Below are positions 49,201-58,240 of a stretch of 64,000 nucleotides of DNA, piece by piece. The notes beneath the pieces are model-generated. The model did not search any database. It was not told the origin of the DNA and worked only from the letters and a program-made list of their open reading frames with translations. The DNA comes from an uncultured delta proteobacterium (GTDB lineage: Bacteria > Desulfobacterota > Zymogenia > Zymogenales > Zymogenaceae), in assembly GCA_963792965.1 (NCBI GenBank), contig CAWBYW010000030.1:1-64000 (forward strand). The letters run 5' to 3'. A program made the position numbers and the translations under genes. Positions within the stretch are counted from its first letter, which is position 1. Every line of letters starts with the position of its first letter.

Positions 49201-49531
49201 GCGCGGACTCATCACACGCTTCCTGAGCTCCGACATCCGGCGCCTCATCGCGTCCTCTCAAATCATCGGGAGGGAGATCCCGATCCTCTCATCGCGCGAA
49301 GGGGTAACCGTTACCGGACGGATAGACGTCGCGTTCCGGACGCATGACGGCATTGTCGTGCTCGACTATAAGACCGATGCCGTCACGAAAGAGGGCGCGC
49401 CGGGTGCCGCCGAGCGGTACCGGGCCCAGATCGTGGCCTATGTCGACGCCTTGACAATGTCGGCCAAGCTCGATACAATTGTGAAGGGTGCTGTCTATTT
49501 CTTGCGGCCGGATGTCGTCGTCTATTTCTGA
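46274..49531 (+). CDS. addA: AddA-like UvrD helicase with C-terminal nuclease
   Basis: AGAGTGKT, STIHS, VDEFQD, VGDPKQSIYRFR, NYRS, MTIHAAKGLEF, LYVAATRARD, GRID, LDYKT. Confidence 0.9.
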   Translation: MKNETVTESFALAGGVSAAVIAGAGTGKTTRLIGEIVALIERRGVPIERILAVTFSDGAAADMKHKLRTRLSAPLGDTHGDRFQTALLSLPRAQISTIHSLAQKILRENPFQAGIDPGFVIEEESSDILLSDELWRLWAQKAFRGGTEFDEDLVMLLGYMSAESLKGIALTLAARPDRLPGYFPHRVDPEQEKNRIKKKLHDLGQSLSRVTPSVSGPDPLYERFRTVTEILAHDDLAEIAGLVQTAPLKKQGGSKTRWADQSVFQAVKELIDGPDGAIDTLKGVGTFLRRLEEDAVTHTAIRVLSDFVAFSRAEKRRRGLLSFFDLIWETRSLLVREPKVREQYQHEFDYILVDEFQDIDPILGDIILLLAEDGPAAKRPEDVRLKPGKLFIVGDPKQSIYRFREAEVGVFFSVMRKIEESGGRSDKLDTNYRSQHHLIDFQNAFFDRYIRHEDDRFVIEYVPLKPHLPDIAAADRKPVVRIVDSDPGSTLSAEEIRRAEADFIAAQINALVEKKVEGRIIRDSVTGTVRDIEYRDIAILFRSLSGVSSLYEESLKKIGIPYFIVGGRGYFQRQEVYDVTNIIRAIVDPDDRRALVGALRSPAFGIDDLTLYTAARHRTLSYLTSDPEGPMGDALGAMRTLHGSAFRLTLSGLLSEIYRTIPIVEVNAFGPGGVQRVGNLMKIRETVLALESKGPFTLSAFLKLLTMLSLEREDEGEAAVTEEGRDAVRIMTIHAAKGLEFPIVMVPDLGRKKRPWDREGIFINRSDTAVSGARLGPVADFGYRGAIREHEELRAAAEERRLLYVAATRARDRLILIGSPKEITSHQRALMEFAESIEGATPTVAAREKIDRDLTEKFFFEKRGARIADLFSGPADATPLEEARKREEERRADCELAMGRRFFSFVTEGKQEEPYEPPRAPVVGPDDTGRLVGTLVHEVLGLSDLTGDGPTDSLIATAVEGMGLAPDVRDRVIEEARGLITRFLSSDIRRLIASSQIIGREIPILSSREGVTVTGRIDVAFRTHDGIVVLDYKTDAVTKEGAPGAAERYRAQIVAYVDALTMSAKLDTIVKGAVYFLRPDVVVYF

Positions 49532-49607
49532 TTGCCCACCCACCCGCCCGATACGGCGCGACGCCGGCGGTTTCGTCCGGATATCTTTAATAAGAAGGAG
49601 GTTTCCC

Positions 49608-50738
49608 ATGAAAAGAGGGGTGCTGCTTCTTCTTGCGGCAGCGATCATCTGTGCCGCCGTCCCGGCGTTTGCCGGGGAATCGAAGTATTTTTCCGGAGAA
49701 TCGTATGTCCTCAAACAGAACGAGACCGTCGATGGCGACCTCTTTGTCTTCTCCAATTCCATCAGGATCGAGGGAAAGGTCATCGGCGAGGCCTTCCTGC
49801 TGGGAAGAGACGTGATCGTGAGCGGCGACGTTACCGGTGACGCGTTTGTCATCGGCGATTCGGTCAAGCTTTCCGGTCATCTCAGTGCCGACACGCGGGT
49901 GCTGGGCAACACGCTCGAGCTACCCGGGACGTTCGACGGAGAGGTCAGCGCCGCCGGCAGGAATGTCGACCTGGCAGGAACGATAGCGGGGGTCGTTAAC
50001 GCGAAAGGTAAGACCGTCAATGCCTCGGGGGTATTCGGCGACAGGGTCCGGCTGCGCGGCCGAAGCGTTGTGCTTCTCCCGAGCGCCCGCTTCGACAAGG
50101 ACGTCGACGTCACCGCCGAGGAATTTAATAAGGCCGATTCCGTCGTGATCAAAGGCTCGCTCAATCAGATCATCGGCAAAGAGCTTGCCCACGAGAAGAA
50201 GAAGGAGGGAGCCCGCGGGTGGTGGGTTCTGCTGGCTTTCTGGTTCGTCACGCTGTGTGGGATCATCATCGTGGGGCTGATCCTCAGGGCTCTTTTTCCC
50301 GGCTTCGTCGGGAAGGCCACTGAAATGGTCTATCACCATCCCCTGCATGACCTCGGCTGGGGCGTGTTGACCATCGTCCTGATGCCGATCATCCTTCTCA
50401 TCCTCATCGTGACGCTGATCGGTATACCTCTGGCTTTACTGCTGCTCCTGGCCTTTATCGTAGGTCTCTATCTCGGAAAGCTCTTCGTCGCCGTGGCGGT
50501 GGGTGGATTTCTGATCTCCCGCTTTTCCGCGAAAGAGACGCATTTCTGGACGCGGCTCGTCCTCGGGGCGGTGATCGTCTACCTGGTCCTGGCCATTCCG
50601 CTTATCGGCTTCTTCATCGCGATACTCGTCCTGTGCCTCGGCATCGGGGCCATCGTGAACTTATGGGTCGTATCGCGAAAAAGACCGCAAGCGGCGAGGG
50701 CCTCAAAGGCTCCGGCGGCCCGAAGAGCAAAGAAATGA
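49608..50738 (+). CDS. Membrane protein with exported bactofilin-like (polymer-forming) beta-helix repeats
   Basis: GGAGG RBS; signal peptide ending AFA; repeated (V/I)xGxVxGD units; about 5-6 C-terminal TMs ([14 protein letters not shown]). Confidence 0.72.
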   Translation: MKRGVLLLLAAAIICAAVPAFAGESKYFSGESYVLKQNETVDGDLFVFSNSIRIEGKVIGEAFLLGRDVIVSGDVTGDAFVIGDSVKLSGHLSADTRVLGNTLELPGTFDGEVSAAGRNVDLAGTIAGVVNAKGKTVNASGVFGDRVRLRGRSVVLLPSARFDKDVDVTAEEFNKADSVVIKGSLNQIIGKELAHEKKKEGARGWWVLLAFWFVTLCGIIIVGLILRALFPGFVGKATEMVYHHPLHDLGWGVLTIVLMPIILLILIVTLIGIPLALLLLLAFIVGLYLGKLFVAVAVGGFLISRFSAKETHFWTRLVLGAVIVYLVLAIPLIGFFIAILVLCLGIGAIVNLWVVSRKRPQAARASKAPAARRAKK

Positions 50739-50796
50739 AGCCGACGCGCGGCACGGCCGGTTAAGCTCCGCCGGTAGGTCAAGGTGGGAATGTGAG

Positions 50797-50821
50797 AACG
50801 GGCAACCTTTGGTTGCCCGTT
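50797..50821. terminator. Hairpin between convergent genes
   Basis: AACGGGCAACC-TTT-GGTTGCCCGTT perfect 11-bp stem. Confidence 0.55.
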
Positions 50822-50898
50822 ACGTTTAGCGGGGGGTTTGGATGTCTTTTTTGCGGTCCCGGCGGAGCACCCGCGAAGACGCTCTTCGGCGGGGCCGC

Positions 50899-52201
50899 TT
50901 ACGGGTATATCCTTCCCATCACGCGCGGAAACGGGATCGCCTCCCTGCAGGTGCTCAAGCCCGCAGATCCAGGCCAGCGTCCTCTCCAGCCCCAGCCCGA
51001 AGCCCGAATGGACCACCGAGCCGTACTTCCTCAGCTCGAGATACCACTCGTAGGAATCCTCGGGCAGGCCGTCCTCGCGGATGCGGGCAAGGAGCTTGCC
51101 GTAGTCGTCCTCCCTCTGGGAGCCGCCGATGATCTCTCCGTAGCCTTCCGGCGCCAACAGATCGGCGCAGAGGACCTGGTCCGGTCGCGCGGGGTCCGCC
51201 TTCATGTAAAAGGCCTTCGCCTTTCTCGGGTAGTTGACGACAAAGACCGGCTTTTTAAAGAGCCCGGTAATAACCGTCTCGTCCTCGCCGGTCAGGTCGT
51301 CCCCCCATACGGTCGGCCTCCCCTTTTCTTTCAGGATCTTTATCGCCTCGTCGTACGAGATCCGCTCAAACGGCGGCGTCACAAGCGCGAGGGGTTTGGT
51401 GTCGCGGCCAAGCTGCGCCAGATCCTCCCCCCTCCGCTCGAGGATCCGTCCCACGACGTAGGAGACGAACTGCTCCTGCAGCGCGATGTTATCGTCGTTA
51501 TCAAAAAAGGCCATCTCCGCTTCCACCATCCAGAACTCGGTGAGGTGGCGGCGGGTCTTCGACTTCTCGGCCCGGAAGGTGGGGCCGAAGCAGTAGACCT
51601 TCTCGAAGGCGTAGATCGCCGCCTCCAGATAGAGCTGCCCCGTCTGGGCGAGGTAGGCCTTGCCGAGGTCGAAGTAATCGGTGGAAAAGAGCGTCCCGGC
51701 GCTCTCGCCGATGGCCCCCGTGAGGATGGGGCTATCGACGAGGAGAAAATCCCGCTCGGAAAAGAAGTCCCGGATGGCGCGGATCGCCTCATCCCTGATC
51801 CTCAGGATCGACAGCTGCCGCCGGGAGCGCAGCCAGAGGTGCCGGTTGGAGAGCAGGAAGTCGATGCCGTGGGACTTGGGGGTGATGGGGAATTCGTGCG
51901 GACTCGGCCGACGACGGAGAGCTCATCGACGGCAAGCTCATACCCCCCCGGGGAGCGCGGCTCCGCGCGGACCACCCCGGATATGATGAGGGCCGATTCC
52001 TGCCCGAGGGCATCGGCGCGAGTGAAAAGTCTCATCGTTCACATGTTCGTGCTCGACAACGCACTGGCAGATGCCGCTTCCGTCCCGAACGACCAGAAAC
52101 AGGACACCCGCCGTCCCCCGCTTGTTCATGAGCCAGCCGTGGATCGTGATCCGTTTCCCGACGTTGTCGGCAAATTTCCTGATCGGCGTATGGGCGTGCA
52201 T
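50899..52201 (-). CDS. asnS: Asparagine--tRNA ligase; at least three frameshifts (about 52025, 51905, 50946)
   Basis: OB-fold (GWLMNKR, RDGSG), [63 protein letters not shown]. Confidence 0.92.
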
Positions 52202-52224
52202 TGTGCTCCCCTCCCGTATAAAAG

Positions 52225-52254
52225 ATTATAGGAGAGGCGCGGCGATAAAGTCAA
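52225..52254 (-). promoter_or_regulatory. Putative sigma-70 promoter of asnS
   Basis: Minus strand TTGACT-N18-TATAAT. Confidence 0.6.
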
Positions 52255-52361
52255 GGGACAAATCCCGTGGATGGGACGCGCCCGCGAACTCATGCCCCTC
52301 TCCGAATCGTTTTCCGCTTCTGCACAGCGCGCCCTCCCTGTAGTCGTCGCCGACTAATCCC

Positions 52362-52390
52362 TTGACATCACCCCTTTTGCCGGATACACT
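52362..52390 (+). promoter_or_regulatory. Putative sigma-70 promoter of the PPIase gene
   Basis: TTGACA-N17-TACACT. Confidence 0.6.
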
Positions 52391-52415
52391 GAACCAAAAC
52401 GATGGAGCACCTGAG

Positions 52416-53209
52416 ATGATTAAGAAAGTCGCTCTGTTTTGTCACGATCTGCCTCCTGGTCTTCTCGCTGTCCTGCACAAAGAAGGTAGCCGAGGGTGAC
52501 GGATGGTCGATCACCGCAAAGGAATTCCGTGAGAAATATGAGTCCCTTCCTCCCGAGGCGACGCCGTTTGTCGGCTCGGAAAAGGGTAAGAAGCTCTATC
52601 TCGATACGTTGATCCTGCGCGAGATCATCTACCGCGAGGCAAAAAAGGAAGGGATCACCGACGAGCCGGCCATGATAAGCCGGATGGAAGACGCCAAGAA
52701 GAAGGTGGTGTTGGAAGAGTATCTCAAGAGGAAACTCGAGGGGGGGCTATCTCCGGCCAAGGAAGAGACGGAAAAGTATTATCTCGAAAATAAGGACGCC
52801 TTCGATAATGCCGAAACGATCAGGGTGGAGCACATCCTCGTGAAGACAAGGGATGAGGCCGAGAAGATCCAGAAGTTGGTCGCCTCAGGAGAGAACTTCG
52901 AGAAGCTCGCGCGGGAAAATTCTATCTGTCCCAGCGCCTCGGGGGGCGGCGATCTCGGCTATTTCAAGCGGGGCGACATGGTGCCTGAGTTCGACAAGGC
53001 CGCCTTCGAGCTGGTAAAACCCGGGGACATCAGCCCCATCGTGGAGACGAAGTTCGGATTTCATATCATCAAGCTGGTCGACAAGGACCATCTGATGGAG
53101 AAATTCAGCCACCGATAAACGGGATGAGCTCATCGGGCGCTACCTCGAGGATCTGAAAAAGAAGGCGAACTATAAGATTCACGAAGAGAATCTTACCTTC
53201 GAAAAGTAG
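52416..53209 (+). CDS. PpiC/parvulin-type peptidylprolyl isomerase lipoprotein (PrsA-like); frameshifts near 52440 and 53110
   Basis: Repaired signal with lipobox SLSC; HILV, FEKLARENS, GGDLG, MVPEFDKAAF, ETKFGFHII; C-terminal YLEDLKKKA in the shifted frame. Confidence 0.85.
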
Positions 53210-53292
53210 GCCGTGGGCCGTGCGTCCGGTCGCGCCGGAGAAACGGGCGGCTTATCGTTGGCGATTTATCAACGACGGAGCAAGAGAAGGAT

Positions 53293-53685
53293 ATGAAAAA
53301 GACACTCCCGATTCTTTTACTTTTCTGCATCATCGCGATCTCGTGCGCACACTCCCGGCCCGATACGCGTGCAGGACGGGATATGTATTATTCGTACCCC
53401 TTCAAGGATGTATTCGCCGCCACTCAGACGGTGCTCAAAGAGCAGGGGTACGACACTATCGAGATCAACCCGTCAGAAAAAATGATCAAGGCCTTGAGGG
53501 GCTCGGATATACCCGGATTATCCAGCTCGGTTACCTTCAGCTTTCGCGAGGAGGGGACCGGCACCTGGGTCAATATCATCAGGAAGGTCCCGCCGCAGTT
53601 CGTGCCCGGATCGACCGATCACTACCGAATGGATATCGACGAGCTCTACCATTACGTGGAAATGGAGCTTGACCGTAACTACTGA
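53293..53685 (+). CDS. Hypothetical lipoprotein
   Basis: MKK plus hydrophobic stretch plus lipobox AISC; AAGGA RBS. Confidence 0.75.
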   Translation: MKKTLPILLLFCIIAISCAHSRPDTRAGRDMYYSYPFKDVFAATQTVLKEQGYDTIEINPSEKMIKALRGSDIPGLSSSVTFSFREEGTGTWVNIIRKVPPQFVPGSTDHYRMDIDELYHYVEMELDRNY

Positions 53686-53688
53686 GCG

Positions 53689-54243
53689 TCACCGGTAAAA
53701 GCTGTCTTTCCATTTAGGATCAAGCTTCACCGCCTTGTCGTAGTCCTCTTTGGCCTTCAGGTAGTCACGCCTGGCCCAATACTCTCTCCCCCGCGCGTAA
53801 TAGGCATAGCTGTTGTTCGGATCCACCTCGATGACGTGGGTGAAATCGGCCACGGCGGCATTCGACAGCCCCATCTGCCCGTACGACATCCCCCGCATGA
53901 CATATGCCTGAAGGAGGTCCGGCCTGAGCTCCACAACCGAGGAGAAGTCCGCGGCGGAGCTTTCAAACTCGTCCTTGATGGCTTTGGTGCGCTCCTGCGT
54001 GTAGCCCGGGCCGTACATGACGATATAGAGCTGACCGAGGTGAAAATGGGCGGCTCCCCGCGAGTAGAGGGCGCCTGCGTCTTTCTTGTCCTTCTCGATC
54101 TTCGCGGTTGATTCGACGATTACCTTTTTATCGGCCTCGATCTGCTCCATGAAGGTCTTCTCCTCGGCCCCCCATGCGGGCGCGAGAAGACCGGGCAGAA
54201 GAAGCATGAGGCACACCGTAAGAATAGTCTCTCTGCGTTTCAT
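53689..54243 (-). CDS. Exported tetratricopeptide repeat protein
   Basis: Signal peptide ending AWGA; TPR units ALYSRG, AYVMRG...ADFTHVIEVDP, AYYARG...DYDKAVKLDP. Confidence 0.85.
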   Translation of the reverse strand: MKRRETILTVCLMLLLPGLLAPAWGAEEKTFMEQIEADKKVIVESTAKIEKDKKDAGALYSRGAAHFHLGQLYIVMYGPGYTQERTKAIKDEFESSAADFSSVVELRPDLLQAYVMRGMSYGQMGLSNAAVADFTHVIEVDPNNSYAYYARGREYWARRDYLKAKEDYDKAVKLDPKWKDSFYR

Positions 54244-54282
54244 TGAAGTCCCAGTCAAGAAACCGTATGACACGAAAAATAG

Positions 54283-54312
54283 AAAGCCCCGTTCAGAGAA
54301 CGGGGCTTTTTT
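54283..54312. terminator. Intrinsic terminator after groEL
   Basis: AAAGCCCCGTTC-AGA-GAACGGGGCTTT with A/T tails on both sides, directly after the groEL stop. Confidence 0.85.
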
Positions 54313-54318
54313 AGCCGC

Positions 54319-56264
<1,946 letters not shown>

Positions 56265-56394
56265 AGCTATCAACTCCTTTCTCTTTTATTGAAACAAACC
56301 CTCACGCCGCGCGTGCGGCGAACCGTTTCGTGAAACAACTGTAGGGACACGTTTGATCATGTCCGTCCGGTGCGTTTCATCGAACCGAGAAGTA

Positions 56395-56421
56395 TTAGCA
56401 CTCAACTCAAGTGAGTGCTAA
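56395..56421. promoter_or_regulatory. CIRCE element (HrcA operator)
   Basis: Perfect TTAGCACTC-N9-GAGTGCTAA upstream of groES. Confidence 0.97.
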
Positions 56422-56424
56422 ATC

Positions 56425-56453
56425 ATATTACTGCATGACCGGGGATATGGCAA
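56425..56453 (-). promoter_or_regulatory. Sigma-70-type promoter of groESL
   Basis: Minus strand TTGCCA-N17-TAATAT immediately before CIRCE, the canonical arrangement. Confidence 0.7.
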
Positions 56454-56707
56454 GGGCGATGGGAGGCGGTATCAGGCTATTAGCTAGGTAAATCTACGAA
56501 TAACTCTTAAATACACTCAATAGTTCACATTATCTCAAAATATCTTAGTTTCTAATCGGCGATATCGACGGCGATGCAATGGCCTCCGGTACGGGCCGCC
56601 AAGCTTCCCGGCTCCGACTATCTGTGGATTTCGCCGGGAAGAATGGGGGCAAACATCATCACCTGACTCTCATATGAACGGTTCATCATTCTTACATTAC
56701 CGGCCGC

Positions 56708-58216
56708 CTACCCCCACCCGATCTCGTACTCCTCCAGGTGAAAGTGAACCACCGTGCGCACGGCGATGCGGATGCCCAGCCGCTCTTCGAGGTCCTCAAG
56801 CCACCCCCGCTCCTCGTCAAGTAGCAGCCCCGCCACCTCCGGGTTGACCTGCACGGTCGCCTTCTCGTCCGTCCCGGGCCTTTTCTTCATCAGCTCCCGG
56901 AAGATCTCGTAGCAGACGGTGCGGCGCGACTTCAAATAGCCGTGTCCCTCGCAGTAGGGGCAGGGATCCGTCAGCGCCTGGGTGAGGCTTTCGCGGCTTC
57001 TCTTCCTGGTCATCTCCACGATGCCGAGCTCGGAGATCTTGAGGATATTGGTCTTTTTCGTGTCGGACTTGAGCGCCTCGTCCAGCGAGTTGAAGACCTT
57101 CTCGCGGTTTTCGAGGCGCTCCATGTCGATGAAGTCGATGATAACCAGCCCCCCGACGTTCCTGAGCCTCAGCTGGTAGGCGATCTCTTTGGTCGCCTCG
57201 AGGTTGGTGCGCAGGATCGTGTCCTCGAGGTCGCGCCTGCCGACGTACTTGCCCGTGTTGACGTCGATGACCGTGAGCGCCTCGGTGGGCTCGATGACGA
57301 TGGAGCCGCCCGACTTGAGCCAGACCTTCTTTCCGAGCGCCCGCCTGATTTCCATCTCCAGCCCGTAGCTGTCGAAAATCGGCTCGTCCCGATCGTAGCT
57401 GCCGATCTTTGCGCTGACCTGCGGCAGGAACGACTCCGCAAACTCGACGAGCCGTCGATACTCGGCCTCATCGTCGATCACAAGGCGGTCGACGTCGTGC
57501 GTCAACAGGTCGCGCACCATTCGAAGCGAGAGGTCAAGCTCACGGTGGATGAGGGCGGGGGCGCCCGTCCGCTCCTTTTTGGCCACGATGGAGCGGTGGA
57601 GCTTCAACAGAAACTCCATGTCCTTTTTGATCTCTTCGTCACTCATGCCCTGGCCCGCGGTCCTGACGATGAAGCCGGTCCCCTGGGGACGGATCTCTTC
57701 CACCATCGACTTGAGCCGCTTCCGCTGGGCCTCGTCCTCGATGCGGCGGGAGACCCCCACCCTATCCATCGTCGGCAAGAGCACGAGGTATTTTCCCGGC
57801 AGAGAGATATGGGAGGTGATGCGCGCCCCCTTGCCGCCGATCGGCTCGCGGGCCACCTGTACCATCACCTCCTGTCCGCGCTTGAGCATCGTCTCCACGC
57901 CCTCTCCGGACGGCGGCGCGACCTCCCGCGCCGCCCCGTTGAAGATGTCGGGGCGATCTTTGTCGGAAAATCCCTCGTAGTCCTCGAACTCGTCGTAAAA
58001 GTCGGTGGCGTAGAGAAAGGCGGCCTTATCCAGCCCGATGTCTACGAAGGCCGCCTCCATCCCGGGCATCACCCGGATCACCTTTCCCTTATAGATATTG
58101 CCCGACACGCCGAGGTCCTTGGGACGCTCGACGAAGAGCTCACAGAGGGTGTTGTTTTCGATCAGCGCCGCCCGCGTCTCCCACGGGTGGGCGTTGATGA
58201 CGATCTCTTTTGACAT
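56708..58216 (-). CDS. rng: Ribonuclease G (Rne/Rng family)
   Basis: GNIYKGKV, AAFVDIG, GGKGAR, IDVNTG, TNLEA, QLRLRN, IDFIDM, CPYC; about 500 aa with no RNase E scaffold tail. Confidence 0.93.
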   Translation of the reverse strand: MSKEIVINAHPWETRAALIENNTLCELFVERPKDLGVSGNIYKGKVIRVMPGMEAAFVDIGLDKAAFLYATDFYDEFEDYEGFSDKDRPDIFNGAAREVAPPSGEGVETMLKRGQEVMVQVAREPIGGKGARITSHISLPGKYLVLLPTMDRVGVSRRIEDEAQRKRLKSMVEEIRPQGTGFIVRTAGQGMSDEEIKKDMEFLLKLHRSIVAKKERTGAPALIHRELDLSLRMVRDLLTHDVDRLVIDDEAEYRRLVEFAESFLPQVSAKIGSYDRDEPIFDSYGLEMEIRRALGKKVWLKSGGSIVIEPTEALTVIDVNTGKYVGRRDLEDTILRTNLEATKEIAYQLRLRNVGGLVIIDFIDMERLENREKVFNSLDEALKSDTKKTNILKISELGIVEMTRKRSRESLTQALTDPCPYCEGHGYLKSRRTVCYEIFRELMKKRPGTDEKATVQVNPEVAGLLLDEERGWLEDLEERLGIRIAVRTVVHFHLEEYEIGWG

Positions 58217-58240
58217 ATATTTCACGCATATAATTGAATA

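Noticed and set aside
50579-50898. Long C-terminal tail on the asnS fragment
   Set aside because: Artefact of the frameshift near 50946; the conserved REAIPFPR end is in another frame and stops at 50899.
56470-56560. AT-rich patch between rng and the groESL promoter
   Set aside because: Consistent with an upstream promoter element; no repeats, DnaA boxes or ORF seen.
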